A DNA stretch of 64,000 nt from Alphaproteobacteria bacterium (GTDB taxonomy: Bacteria; Pseudomonadota; Alphaproteobacteria; CADEGL01): assembly GCA_050180485.1 (NCBI GenBank), contig JBFXED010000021.1, positions 245 through 64,244 on the forward strand, given 5' to 3'. The notes below the pieces were generated by a model. That model was not told where the DNA came from. It made no database searches and saw nothing but the letters and a program-made list of their open reading frames with translations. Of this stretch, positions 49,595 to 59,539 are shown piece by piece. A program made the translations under genes and the position numbers. Each line of letters begins with the position of its first letter. The first letter of the stretch is position 1.

Positions 49595-49732
49595 GGCGTT
49601 CCCCCTGTTCGCGCCCCGAAGGCGCGTTCCCCCTAGGATCGCGGCATTGCCGCCCCGTCGGCAAGCGTGAAGAGCGGGGAACCTTGGGCGCACAGGGCCG
49701 TTTTGTCTTGAGCCGCGACACTGTGACGGCCC

Positions 49733-51817
49733 ATGACCCTGAGACGGAAAATTTTCATCGGCGCCGGCGCCGCAATCGGACTCGCCGTCGTTTTCGTCGG
49801 CGTGATCGCGGTCGTGCTTTTGACGATGGACTGGGACCGGTTCCGCGGCCAGATCGGCAGCCAAGCATCCAGCCGCCTGGGCCGCACGGTCGAAGTGCGC
49901 GGCCATCTGCAAGTCGTCCCAGCCTGGCGCCCGGAGGTGCGCGCGGCCGAATTCGTCATCGCCAACGCCAAGGGCGGCAGCGGGCCGGAGATGTTCCGGG
50001 CCGAGGACGTCTATTTCCAATTCCGCATCTGGCCGCTCTTGATCGGGCGGCTTGAGATCGATGCCGTGCGCTTGGCCAAGGTGAACGTGCTGCTGGAGAA
50101 ATATAAAGACGGTTCGGCCAACTGGCAGTTCCCGACCGATTCGCCGGAGGCCGCGGCCGTGAGGGCGGCGACGCCGGAACGCCGCGAGGAATTCCCCGTC
50201 TTGCGCCACCTGATCATCCAGGACGCCAAGCTGGTCTACCGCTCGCCGGGCCAGAAGGAGCCCATCGAAGTCCAGGTGGCCAAATTGGAAGGGCGCGGCG
50301 GCGACATGGACAGCCCCGTCTCGCTGGCGATGAACGGCGTCTACCAGAAGGCGCCCTTTTCCCTCGACACCAAGCTGGGCTCGTTCGGTGCGTTGCGCGC
50401 CGGCGCCGAGCCGTACCCCGTCGACGCCAAGATCAAGTTGGGCTCGGTCGACGCCACCTTCGACGGCACGATGAAGGAGCCCGTGAGATTCAAGGGACTG
50501 GACGGAAAGATCAGCGCCAAGGGCCAGAACCTGGCCGATCTCTATAAGCTGATGGGCTTGCCGTTGCCGGAATCGCCGCCCTATCGGTTGACAGGCCAGT
50601 TGCGCGAGGACGGCAACATTTACCATCTGGAAGGCTTCAAGGGCACGCTGGGCACCAGCGACATGGCGGGCGACGTATCCGTCTCGACCGGCGGCGCGCG
50701 ACCGAAGATCACGGCCAAGGTCGTGAGCAACGCGTTGGCCATGGACGACATCGCGGGCTTCATGGGCGCCAAGGACCCCACCGCCAAGGGCACGGCGAAC
50801 GAACAGGTAAAGCAGCTGGCCAACACGAAGGCGGCCAAACCCGCGGACGACAATGGCGCCAGCGTCACCCCCGACCGGCCGTTCCGTCTGGACAAGCTGC
50901 GCGAGATGGACGCCGACGTCGATTACGTCGCCAAGTCGATCAAGCTGTCGGGCGTGGCGCTGGACGACATGAAAGCGAAGCTAACGCTCGACAACGGCAA
51001 GCTGAACCTGCATCCGCTGGAGCTAGGCGTCTTCCAGGGCCAAGTCGCGCTCAATCTCGATCTCGACGCGAGCAAGGACGTGCCCACGGTCGCGGGCGAC
51101 TATACGGTGCGCGGGCTTTCGCTCGGCACGGCGCTGAAGTTGCTCGACATCGACGACAAGTCGGTCGGTACTCTGCGCGGCAAGGGCAAGATCGCCACCC
51201 GCGGCGGCTCGTTGCACCAGTGGGCGTCGAATGCCGACGGCTCGGGCATCCTGATCATGGAAGCCGGGCAGATCAGCAACCTCTTGCTGGAGCTGATGGC
51301 GCTCGACCTGCAGGAGGCGCTGGGCCAGTGGATCGGCGGCAACAAGGAGGTCGCCGAGATCTCGTGCCTGTTGGCGCCCTACAAGGTCGAGCAAGGGCGC
51401 GTGCTGGCGGACCCGTGGCTGTTCGACACCTCGGACGCCTTCGTGGTGATTCGCGGCCATATCGACCTGAAGAACGAGACGCTGGAATTCAAGCTGATGC
51501 CCCAGCCCAAGGATTACAGCTTCTTCAACTTCCGCACCTCGATCGTCGTCGAGGGCGACCTGAAGACGCGCAAGGCCAACGTCAACGCGCTAGACGCCAT
51601 CGCCAAGGTGCTGCTTAAGGCCCTGGTCGCCCCCGCCATGCCCTTCGTCTCGCCGCCCGAGGAAGAGGCGGCGCGCGAGCAGCGGCCCTGCGACAAGCTG
51701 ATGAAACAGGCCCAGAGCGCCGAGGCCAAGAAGCCCGGCACCGTCACGGGCGGCACGATCACGCCGGCGCGGAAACCGCCCGCCACGACGAACCCGCCCA
51801 ACCCGCCGGTGAAATAA
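49733..51817 (+). CDS. AsmA-family protein (YhjG-like)
   Basis: N-terminal TM, DW, LGRTV, ANW, G.SD..G, L..MDADV, DT....I.G.IDLK.E.L. Confidence 0.87.
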   Translation: MTLRRKIFIGAGAAIGLAVVFVGVIAVVLLTMDWDRFRGQIGSQASSRLGRTVEVRGHLQVVPAWRPEVRAAEFVIANAKGGSGPEMFRAEDVYFQFRIWPLLIGRLEIDAVRLAKVNVLLEKYKDGSANWQFPTDSPEAAAVRAATPERREEFPVLRHLIIQDAKLVYRSPGQKEPIEVQVAKLEGRGGDMDSPVSLAMNGVYQKAPFSLDTKLGSFGALRAGAEPYPVDAKIKLGSVDATFDGTMKEPVRFKGLDGKISAKGQNLADLYKLMGLPLPESPPYRLTGQLREDGNIYHLEGFKGTLGTSDMAGDVSVSTGGARPKITAKVVSNALAMDDIAGFMGAKDPTAKGTANEQVKQLANTKAAKPADDNGASVTPDRPFRLDKLREMDADVDYVAKSIKLSGVALDDMKAKLTLDNGKLNLHPLELGVFQGQVALNLDLDASKDVPTVAGDYTVRGLSLGTALKLLDIDDKSVGTLRGKGKIATRGGSLHQWASNADGSGILIMEAGQISNLLLELMALDLQEALGQWIGGNKEVAEISCLLAPYKVEQGRVLADPWLFDTSDAFVVIRGHIDLKNETLEFKLMPQPKDYSFFNFRTSIVVEGDLKTRKANVNALDAIAKVLLKALVAPAMPFVSPPEEEAAREQRPCDKLMKQAQSAEAKKPGTVTGGTITPARKPPATTNPPNPPVK

Positions 51818-51856
51818 AAGCTCCTGAAGCTGCCCAAGGCGGGCGTCTTTGATTTT

Positions 51857-51978
51857 CCCCCTCCCCAACGCGGGAGGGGGTTGGGGGAGGGGGTAAAAAA
51901 CACGCCGTTCCATTCGCCTCGCCGCAGCAACTCATTTGTGAATCCCCCTCCCCCTGCCCCTCCCGCGTTGGGGAGGGG
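51857..51978. repeat. REP-like inverted pair (family A, opposite arrangement)
   Basis: CCCCCTCCCCAACGCGGGAGGGGGTTGGGGGAGGGGG ... CCCCCTCCCCCTGCCCCTCCCGCGTTGGGGAGGGG. Confidence 0.8.
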
Positions 51979-52092
51979 TGAAAGAAAATCGCCCCGCCAC
52001 CGCCCCTACCGCATGGTAAGCCCGCCCGCTTGCCACCGGCCCAACGCGCGCACGACAATCGCGGCGTTACCCTTAACCGGCGGAGCATTCCC

Positions 52093-53202
52093 ATGAAGGC
52101 TGCGGTTCTGCGCGAGTTCGGCAAGGACATGCCGATCGAGGATGTGAAGCTCGACGATCCCAAGGGTCGCGAGGTCTTGATCCGCGTTACCGCCGCGGGC
52201 GTCTGCCACAGCGATCTGTCGGTCGCGCGTGGCAAAGGCAGCATGCCCCTGCCCTGCATCCTGGGGCATGAGGCCGCGGGCGTGATCGAACGGACGGGTC
52301 CCGGGGTCAGCCGCGTGAAGAAAGGCGACACCGTCGTCCTGTCTTGGACGCCCTATTGCGGCAATTGCTTCTACTGCCGCGCGGGATTGCCCGCCCAGTG
52401 CGAGGCCTACAATCGTGCGGCCGGCCAGGGCATGCTCTTCGACGGCACCGGCCGCCTTAAAAGTGCGTCGGGCGAGCGCATCTATCACTTCACGTGCCAA
52501 TCTTCCTTCGCGGAATACGCGGTGATGCCGGAGACGGGCGTGCTGCCGATCCACAAGGAAATCCCGGCGACCGTCGCGGCCCTGGTCGGCTGCGCCGTCA
52601 CCACGGGTTATGGCGCCGTGGTCAACGACGCCCAGGCGCGGCCGGGTGAATATCTGGCCATCTGGGGCCTGGGCGGCGTGGGCATCTCGGCGCTCATGGC
52701 CGCGCGCCTGTGCAACGCCGAGGTGATCGTGGTTGTGGACCCGAACCCGCGGAAGGAAGAGGTCGCCCGCCGGTTCGGCGCGACCCATTACATCAACCCC
52801 AAGACGACCGAGGACGTGCCCGCCAAGATCCGCGCGTTGACGCAAGGGCGCGGCGTCGATGCCGCCTTCGACTGCATCGGCCGCCAGGCCGCCTTCGAGC
52901 AGGGCTATAACTCCATCCGTCCGGGCGGAAAGCTGGTCATCGTCGGCCAGGCGCCGCGCGGCGACGTCTTCACCATTCCCGCCGCGCGTGCTTTCCCCGC
53001 CGTACAGAAGCGCATCTTGGGCAGCTATTACGGCGGCGGCATCCCGGAGCAGGATTTCCTGCGCATCCTCGACCTCTACCGCATCGGCAAGCTGGAACTC
53101 GACGCCATGGTGGGCAAGACTGTGCCGCTGTCCGGCGTGAACGACGCCTTCCGCGAACTGGAAAGCGGCATCGACACGCGCACGGTGCTGCTCTTCAACT
53201 AG
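52093..53202 (+). CDS. Zn-dependent alcohol dehydrogenase (class III-like MDR)
   Basis: GVCHSD, LGHEAAG, CGNCFYC...C, GCAVTTG.GA, GLGGVG. Confidence 0.93.
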   Translation: MKAAVLREFGKDMPIEDVKLDDPKGREVLIRVTAAGVCHSDLSVARGKGSMPLPCILGHEAAGVIERTGPGVSRVKKGDTVVLSWTPYCGNCFYCRAGLPAQCEAYNRAAGQGMLFDGTGRLKSASGERIYHFTCQSSFAEYAVMPETGVLPIHKEIPATVAALVGCAVTTGYGAVVNDAQARPGEYLAIWGLGGVGISALMAARLCNAEVIVVVDPNPRKEEVARRFGATHYINPKTTEDVPAKIRALTQGRGVDAAFDCIGRQAAFEQGYNSIRPGGKLVIVGQAPRGDVFTIPAARAFPAVQKRILGSYYGGGIPEQDFLRILDLYRIGKLELDAMVGKTVPLSGVNDAFRELESGIDTRTVLLFN

Positions 53203-53278
53203 GCGCGGCGCACCCGGTTTAATGCGCCATGGGCAGAGGCCGGTGCGAAGGCAGACCGCAATGAATGGAGGACGAACG

Positions 53279-53602
53279 ATGCCACCTCTCAAAATCCGGT
53301 ATCACGGTTTAGACCAATCGGACGCGATCGACGCCAAGCTGCACGCTCGCGCCGAGAAGCTCGACCGGTTTTTCGACCGCATCACGGCCTGCAACGTCGT
53401 GGTGGAATGCGCGAATCACCGCCACCACAAGGGCCGCATCTACCGCGTCGGCATCGATCTGGTCGTGCCAGGCACCGAATTGGTCGTCAGCCGCGCCCCA
53501 GATGAGAAGCACGAGCACGAGGACGTCTATGTGGCGATTCGGGATTCCTTCGACGCCGCGGAGCGGCTGCTGCAGAACCACGCCCGCCGCAAACGCGAAT
53601 AA
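53279..53602 (+). CDS. HPF/RaiA-family ribosome-associated protein
   Basis: PL.I...GL..SDA, KL.RFFDRIT.C.VVVE, H.KG..YRV.IDL.VPG.ELV, HEDVYVAIRD.FDAA.R. Confidence 0.85.
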   Translation: MPPLKIRYHGLDQSDAIDAKLHARAEKLDRFFDRITACNVVVECANHRHHKGRIYRVGIDLVVPGTELVVSRAPDEKHEHEDVYVAIRDSFDAAERLLQNHARRKRE

Positions 53603-53611
53603 CCGGACCGT

Positions 53612-54958
53612 TTAGGCCGTGGGCGGCCGCGGGATCGCGCCGCCCGCGGTCAGCAGCGCCAGCGCTTGCCGCGCGCCGGCGATCCGCTCCATGGCGCCCC
53701 GGAAAATCTGGTCCCGGGTCATCGCGACCGACGCCAACCCCTCCTGCATGGCCGCCATGCCGACCGCCGAGGCCAAGCGCGCCGCGACGGAGGGCTCATC
53801 CATCGCGGGAAGGATGCGTTGGGACGTCGGCCCCTCCGAACCCACGCAGGCGGCCAGTTCGCGCGCCGCGGCCAAGGCCATGCCGTCCGACACGGCGCGG
53901 GCGCGCACGTCGAGCACGCCCCGGAAAATGCCGGGGAAGGCCAGCGCGTTGTTGACCTGATTGGGGAAATCGCTGCGGCCCGTGCCGACCACGGCCGCCC
54001 CGGCCTCCAGCGCGTCCCAGGGCCAAATCTCCGGCACCGGGTTGGCGCAGGCCATCACGATCGCGCCGCGCGCCATGGCGCGTATCCAGTCCGGCCGGAT
54101 CACGTCCGGGCCCGGACAGGAGAACGCGATGCACACATCCGCGCCGCGCAACGCGGCCTCGATGCCGCCCTCCACGCGGCCGGGGTTGGTTTCCTGGCAG
54201 AGCGTCCATTTATCGGCAAACCGCGCGCGGGCCCCTTCGATATCCGTCCGGCCGGCATGAAGCGTGCCGCGGCTGTCGCAGGCGATGACCGCGCGGGGAT
54301 CGACGCCCGCCGCCTTCAGCAACCGATACGTCGCGATGTTCGCGGCACCCGTCCCGATCAGGGCGAATCGCGCCGCAACAATCTCCTTCCCCACGACCTT
54401 CAAGGCATTGATGACGGCGGCCAGCGCGACGGTCGCCGAGCCCTGCTGGTCGTCGTGCCAGACGGGGACGCGCGCCGATTCGCGCAGCCGCGCGAGGACA
54501 TCGAAGCATTTGGGTTGGGCGATATCCTCGAGATTGATCCCGCCGAACGAGGGCTCGAGCCAGCGTACCGCCTGGACGATGTCTTCGGGCCGCGTCGCGC
54601 CGATGCAGAGCGGCACCGCGTCGACCCCGCCCAGATATTTGAACAGCAGCGCCTTACCCTCCATCACCGGCAGGCCGGCTTCCGGGCCAATATCGCCCAA
54701 GCCGAGAACGCGCGAACCGTCGGAGACGATGGCCACCGTGTTCGCCTTGTTGGTGTGCTGATAGACCAGCTCCGGCGCCGCGTGGATCGCCTTGCAGGGC
54801 GCGGCCACGCCTGGGCTGTACCACACGGCGAAATCGCCCGGCGCGCTGACCGGGCATTTCGGCATCATCTGCACCTTGCCCCGGTAGAACGGGTGCAGAC
54901 GCAACGCCTCTTCCGCCGGCTTGGCCGCGCGCGCAAGGAACTCGCTCCGGTCGTTCAT
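53612..54958 (-). CDS. Malic enzyme, short form without PTA domain
   Basis: YSPGVAAPC, AIVSDGSRVLGLGDIGP.AGLPVMEGKALLFK, GGINLEDI, HDDQQG, ANPVPEI, TGRSDFPNQVNN. Confidence 0.93.
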   Translation of the reverse strand: MNDRSEFLARAAKPAEEALRLHPFYRGKVQMMPKCPVSAPGDFAVWYSPGVAAPCKAIHAAPELVYQHTNKANTVAIVSDGSRVLGLGDIGPEAGLPVMEGKALLFKYLGGVDAVPLCIGATRPEDIVQAVRWLEPSFGGINLEDIAQPKCFDVLARLRESARVPVWHDDQQGSATVALAAVINALKVVGKEIVAARFALIGTGAANIATYRLLKAAGVDPRAVIACDSRGTLHAGRTDIEGARARFADKWTLCQETNPGRVEGGIEAALRGADVCIAFSCPGPDVIRPDWIRAMARGAIVMACANPVPEIWPWDALEAGAAVVGTGRSDFPNQVNNALAFPGIFRGVLDVRARAVSDGMALAAARELAACVGSEGPTSQRILPAMDEPSVAARLASAVGMAAMQEGLASVAMTRDQIFRGAMERIAGARQALALLTAGGAIPRPPTA

Positions 54959-55018
54959 CGTTAACCCCCAAGGTACTGGCGCGTGACGGATTTATCTGAC
55001 CGCGCGGCGTTCCGGACT

Positions 55019-55032
55019 GTGATTTAGGTCAA
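55019..55032. promoter_or_regulatory. Candidate FNR/FixK box
   Basis: GTGAT-TTAG-GTCAA versus consensus TTGAT-N4-ATCAA (2 mismatches), between divergent genes. Confidence 0.5.
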
Positions 55033-55086
55033 TGCTCGACCGAGTACAAAAGCTCAGATTACACATCTGATCTTAGGAGGCCCGCT

Positions 55087-55644
55087 ATGGATGTTATGAA
55101 TGCCATTAACACCCGGCGCGCGGTGCGCGAGTATACCTCGGCCACTCTCAGCCGGGCCGTGATCTCCGATCTCGTTAAAGCGGCCGCGCAGGCGCCGAGC
55201 GCCATGGATTTGCAGCCCTGGTCATTCCTTGTCATCGAGGGAGCCGGGGCGCTCGAGCGCCACTCGGTGGAGATCAAGAAGCACCTGCTCGCGGTGCTGA
55301 GTTCGTCCTCGCCACTATACAAATACCGGGACCACCTGACCGATCCCGATTTCAATCTCTTCTATGGCGCGCCTACGCTGGTGACGGTGTTCGCGGCCAG
55401 CGGCGATGAGCAATCCATTGAGGATTGCTGCCTGGCGGCCGAGAACCTGATGCTGGCCGCACAGGGCAAGGAACTTGGCACCTGCTGGATCGGCCTAGCC
55501 AGGCCCTGGCTGAATTTAACCGAATCCAAGGAAAAATTCGGAATTCCTCCAGCACGCGTGGCCGTTGCGCCCATCATCGTAGGGACGCCGAAAGCCGTGC
55601 CCCAGCCGCTGCCTCGCCGCGCGCCCGAGATCGTATGGGCCTGA
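55087..55644 (+). CDS. Nitroreductase family protein
   Basis: AINTRRAVREY, APSAMDLQPWSF, AAENLMLAA...LGTCWIG; AGGAGG RBS. Confidence 0.9.
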   Translation: MDVMNAINTRRAVREYTSATLSRAVISDLVKAAAQAPSAMDLQPWSFLVIEGAGALERHSVEIKKHLLAVLSSSSPLYKYRDHLTDPDFNLFYGAPTLVTVFAASGDEQSIEDCCLAAENLMLAAQGKELGTCWIGLARPWLNLTESKEKFGIPPARVAVAPIIVGTPKAVPQPLPRRAPEIVWA

Positions 55645-55683
55645 AAGGAGCCGGACGGCGCCACCGCTAAGAAGGACGTTCAC

Positions 55684-57669
55684 ATGGAACTTTCGCGCCA
55701 CCGGGACGAAATGGTTCGCCATCAGATCGCGAGCCGCGGCGTGCGTTCCCCTCTCGTGCTCGACGCGATGCGAACCGTTCGGCGCGAGGCGTTTCTGCCG
55801 GAACGCCTGCGCCAGTTCGCCTACGAGGACTCGCCGCTTCCGATCGACGCCGAACAGACGATCTCGCAACCCTACATCGTCGCGCTCATGGTCGACGCGT
55901 TGGACCTCCAGGGCGGCGAGACCGTACTCGAGATCGGCACGGGATCGGGCTACGCGGCGGCCGTCCTGGCCGAAATCGCGGGCGAGGTCTACACGGTCGA
56001 ACGGATCGCCCAGCTCGCCGAGCGCGCAGCCAGCGCGCTGACCGACCAGGGTTACGACAACGTCCATGTCCGGCATGCGGACGGAACCAAGGGTTGGCCG
56101 GAGCATGCGCCCTATGACGCGATCGTGGTGGCGGCCGGCGGCCCCGAGGTTCCCAAGCCGCTCCAGCGGCAGTTGAAGATCGGCGGGCGTCTGGTCATCC
56201 CGATCGGCACCGATCCCCGCGCGCAGGAGCTGGTGCGCGTCACGCGCCTGTCGGAGGACGAGTTCCGGCGCGAAGATCTGGCCGATGTCCGCTTCGTGCC
56301 TCTGATCGGCCAGGAAGGCTGGGCGCCCGAGGAAATCGCTCCGGCGCGGCCACCCCGCGCGCGCCCGGCCGAGACATCCCTGGCGGACGCCATTGCGCGC
56401 GCCTGCGAGCCGTTCGAATCGCTTGAGAAAGCCAAGCTCGCGCCGCTTTTGCGCCGCGTCGGCCAAGCCAAGGTGGCGCTGCTCGGCGAAGCGACGCACG
56501 GGACGTCGGAGTTCTACCGGATGCGCGCGCGCATCTCGCAGGAACTCATCGCCGAAAGGAACTTTCGCTTCGTCGCGATCGAGGGCGACTGGCCCGATGT
56601 CGCGCGCATCGACCATTATGTGCGCCACTTCGAATACCCGCCGTCCGAATGGACGGCCTTTTCCCGCTTCCCCACCTGGATGTGGCGGAACGCCGAGACC
56701 CGTGCCTTCGTCGATTGGTTGCGCGCCTTCAACGCCGGCCGGCCGCCCGAACGGCGGGTGGGCATTTACGGACTCGACCTCTACAGCCTGTTCACATCGA
56801 TCCGCGCGGTGCTCGAATATCTCGACCGCGTCGATCCGGATTCAGCACGTATCGCGCGCACGCGCTACGGCTGTCTCACCCCCTGGCAGTCCGATCCCGC
56901 GAGTTACGGCCACGCCGCGATCGCGGGACACTACCGGACCTGCGAACGCGAGGTCGTGCGGACGTTGGAGGATTTGCTGCAAAAGCGGCAAGCCTATGTC
57001 CGGCGCGACGGCGAGCGCTTCATGGACGCGGTCCAGAACGCCAAGCTGATCGCCAACGCCGAGCATTATTACCGCACCATGTATTACGGCTCGCGCGAAT
57101 CGTGGAATTTGCGCGACACGCACATGTTCGAGACCTTGAAGGCGCTGCTCGAATTCCACGGTCAGGACGCCAAGGCCGTGGTGTGGGCCCATAACTCCCA
57201 CGTCGGCGATTCGGCGGCGACCGAGATGGCGGCGCGCGGCGAGTTCAACGTCGGGCACCTCTGCCGCGAGGCATTCGGAAGGGACGCTTACACCATCGGC
57301 TTCGGCACCCATTCCGGCACGGTGGCGGCGGCCACCGATTGGGACGGGCCGATGCATGTGAAGACTGTCCTGCCTTCGCTCGCGCGTAGCTATGAGCATC
57401 TCTGCCACGAATCGCAGGAGGAGAATTTCCTGCTGCCGCTGCGCGACGCCGCACCGGCCGATCTACGCCAGGGCCTCTCGGCGCCGCGCCTCGAACGCGC
57501 CATCGGGGTGATCTATCGGCCCGAATCGGAACTCGCCAGTCACTATTTCCAAGCGGTCCTGCCGCAGCAGTTCGACGAGTATATCTGGTTCGACCGCACC
57601 CATGCCGTCACACCCTTGACCACAAGGGAGCTGCAGGACCTCCCGGATACCTACCCGTTCGGCCTCTAG
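55684..57669 (+). CDS. pcm: Protein-L-isoaspartate O-methyltransferase fused to erythromycin-esterase-like domain
   Basis: QTISQPYIV, VLEIGTGSGY, APYDAIVV; then LLGEATHGTSEFY, EGDWPD, WAHNSHVGD, LERAIGVIY. Confidence 0.92.
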   Translation: MELSRHRDEMVRHQIASRGVRSPLVLDAMRTVRREAFLPERLRQFAYEDSPLPIDAEQTISQPYIVALMVDALDLQGGETVLEIGTGSGYAAAVLAEIAGEVYTVERIAQLAERAASALTDQGYDNVHVRHADGTKGWPEHAPYDAIVVAAGGPEVPKPLQRQLKIGGRLVIPIGTDPRAQELVRVTRLSEDEFRREDLADVRFVPLIGQEGWAPEEIAPARPPRARPAETSLADAIARACEPFESLEKAKLAPLLRRVGQAKVALLGEATHGTSEFYRMRARISQELIAERNFRFVAIEGDWPDVARIDHYVRHFEYPPSEWTAFSRFPTWMWRNAETRAFVDWLRAFNAGRPPERRVGIYGLDLYSLFTSIRAVLEYLDRVDPDSARIARTRYGCLTPWQSDPASYGHAAIAGHYRTCEREVVRTLEDLLQKRQAYVRRDGERFMDAVQNAKLIANAEHYYRTMYYGSRESWNLRDTHMFETLKALLEFHGQDAKAVVWAHNSHVGDSAATEMAARGEFNVGHLCREAFGRDAYTIGFGTHSGTVAAATDWDGPMHVKTVLPSLARSYEHLCHESQEENFLLPLRDAAPADLRQGLSAPRLERAIGVIYRPESELASHYFQAVLPQQFDEYIWFDRTHAVTPLTTRELQDLPDTYPFGL

Positions 57670-57676
57670 GCGACGC

Positions 57677-58123
57677 TTACGGCCGCCGCGGCACGACCAG
57701 GTTGGGCACCATGACCAGCACGGGCTCGTCGTTCTGGTTGAGCGTGGTGACGCGGATTTTCACCAAGCCTTGCCCGGGCCGCGACTTGGAGGGACGCACC
57801 TCCAACACCTCGCTCTCGACGCGCAGCGTGTCTCCGGGACGCACCGGCCGCGGCCAGCGGAACTCGTCGAGGCCCGCGCCGATGATGCCGCCAGCCGGAG
57901 TCAATTCGCTGTCGACCAGAAGCCGCATGGTGAGCGACGCCGTGTGCCAGCCGCTGGCCGCGAGGCCCTGGAAGAACGATGCATCGGCCGCCGCCTCGTC
58001 GAGGTGGAATGCTTGCGGATCGTATTCGGCGGCGTAGCGCTTGATCGCGGCCGCATCGACCGTGACGCTGCCCGAGCGATAGACCTGTCCGGGGGTGAAG
58101 TCCTCGAGATAGAGGACCGCCAC
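57677..58123 (-). CDS. MaoC-family dehydratase
   Basis: YLEDF.PG, YDPQ.FHLDE.AA, GLAASGWHT, RWPRPVRPGD. Confidence 0.88.
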   Translation of the reverse strand: MAVLYLEDFTPGQVYRSGSVTVDAAAIKRYAAEYDPQAFHLDEAAADASFFQGLAASGWHTASLTMRLLVDSELTPAGGIIGAGLDEFRWPRPVRPGDTLRVESEVLEVRPSKSRPGQGLVKIRVTTLNQNDEPVLVMVPNLVVPRRP

Positions 58124-58125
58124 GG

Positions 58126-59427
58126 CTAGCGGCTCTGCCAGCGGTCGGCCAAGCCGTACCACTTCATGACATAGGGCATGAACCAGTTGCCGCCCGTGTG
58201 GCCCGGCACGGTCGGGAAGTTGCGGTCGGCGAAAATCGTTTTCGCTTCGGATGTCTTGAGAATGCGCGCGGCGGCCTTGCGCCCCAGATAGGTGCCCATG
58301 GGCAGGCCTGCGAAGCAGTAGCCGCCCGCGAAGTGGATGCCCTCGTGGGTCACAAGATGTGGCCACAGGTTGAAGGTGCCCGCGCAGCGCCCGGTCCAGG
58401 AATGCGTGATCTTCAACTTCGCGATCTCTGACACGATGGCGGCCGCATCGGCGTGAAGCTGCGCGCCCTTCTTGCGTGGCGTGCTGGGCTTAGTGCCCGT
58501 GCGCCAGAGGAAAAGGATGCGCGTGCCGTCGGGCGAGCGGCGCAGCGAGATAATGTCGTGGACGTGATCCAGATAGGTGCGGTCAGTCGGCAGCAGCTTC
58601 TGCATCAGCGCCGGGTCCAGCGGCTCGGTCGCGATCATGTAAGCGTCGAAGGGAATCAGGCGCCGCTGCAGCCACGGCCACAGATTGCCGGTATAGCCGT
58701 TGGTTGCGACCAGCACGTCCTTCGCGCGCGTGGGGCCCTGCGCCGTCGCCACGTCGAACCCGTCGCCGTCGCGGCGCAGGCCCGTGACCGGCGTGCCGCC
58801 GATCAGCGTGACGCCCGCCGAGCGCGCGCGGTCCAAAAGACCTTTGTGATAGAGGCCGGGATGGATCGCGGCCAGGCTGGGGATGACGGCGCCACCGCAA
58901 TAAAGATCACTGGAGATTTCGTTCCGAATCTCGGACTTGGGCACCATGTGGAATTCGGTGCCCAGGTGCTTGCGCCGCCGCTCGAACTCGTCGGCCAGGT
59001 CTTCGTACTGGCGCTTTGCCTTGGTCAGGATCAGGCGGCCGCACAGCTTGAAGCCGCAATCGATCTGTTCGTTCTGCACGCGCTCGGCGACCGAATCGAA
59101 CGCCGCCTTCATCTCGCGATAGACGGCTATGGCGTAATCGTCGCCCCGGCTCAATTGCAGGTCGCGGAAACTGTGCTTGAGCGTCTGGCCGACATAGCCC
59201 GCGTTGCGCGTGGATGCGCCGTGGCCCAGATCCTCGGCGTCCAGCACGACGACCTTGCGGCCCGCGCGCGCCAAGTCGATGGCGGCATTCAGTCCCGTGA
59301 AGCCCGAGCCCACGATGGCCACGTCGACGCTTTTCGGCGGCGCCTCGGGCACGGCCGTCATGCGCGGCGCGGCCTCCCACCAATAGGGCGTGTCCTTGAA
59401 ACCGGGCGCGAAAATGTCCGCGCTCAT
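58126..59427 (-). CDS. DAO-family FAD oxidoreductase (PuuB/OrdL-like)
   Basis: PYWW, DVAIVGSGFTGL.AA, GASTRNAG, ATNGY, MIATEPL, HSWTG. Confidence 0.9.
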   Translation of the reverse strand: MSADIFAPGFKDTPYWWEAAPRMTAVPEAPPKSVDVAIVGSGFTGLNAAIDLARAGRKVVVLDAEDLGHGASTRNAGYVGQTLKHSFRDLQLSRGDDYAIAVYREMKAAFDSVAERVQNEQIDCGFKLCGRLILTKAKRQYEDLADEFERRRKHLGTEFHMVPKSEIRNEISSDLYCGGAVIPSLAAIHPGLYHKGLLDRARSAGVTLIGGTPVTGLRRDGDGFDVATAQGPTRAKDVLVATNGYTGNLWPWLQRRLIPFDAYMIATEPLDPALMQKLLPTDRTYLDHVHDIISLRRSPDGTRILFLWRTGTKPSTPRKKGAQLHADAAAIVSEIAKLKITHSWTGRCAGTFNLWPHLVTHEGIHFAGGYCFAGLPMGTYLGRKAAARILKTSEAKTIFADRNFPTVPGHTGGNWFMPYVMKWYGLADRWQSR

Positions 59428-59539
59428 ACCGGGCCGCGATCCATCGGGCATCGAAGTCGCTCCTAAAAAACCAATAGTGAACTAGCACAATGCGCGTCAA
59501 AATTCCTGGGATGGATGGGACGGGGCTGCGAATCTATCC

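Noticed and set aside
49595-50626. N-terminal extension of ORF 49001..50626
   Set aside because: Antisense to asmA; a better start with RBS is at 49594.
56400-57669. Antibiotic resistance call from the erythromycin-esterase-like domain (and the MBL gene at 38185..38958)
   Set aside because: Fold-level resemblance only; both look like widespread housekeeping-type hydrolases.
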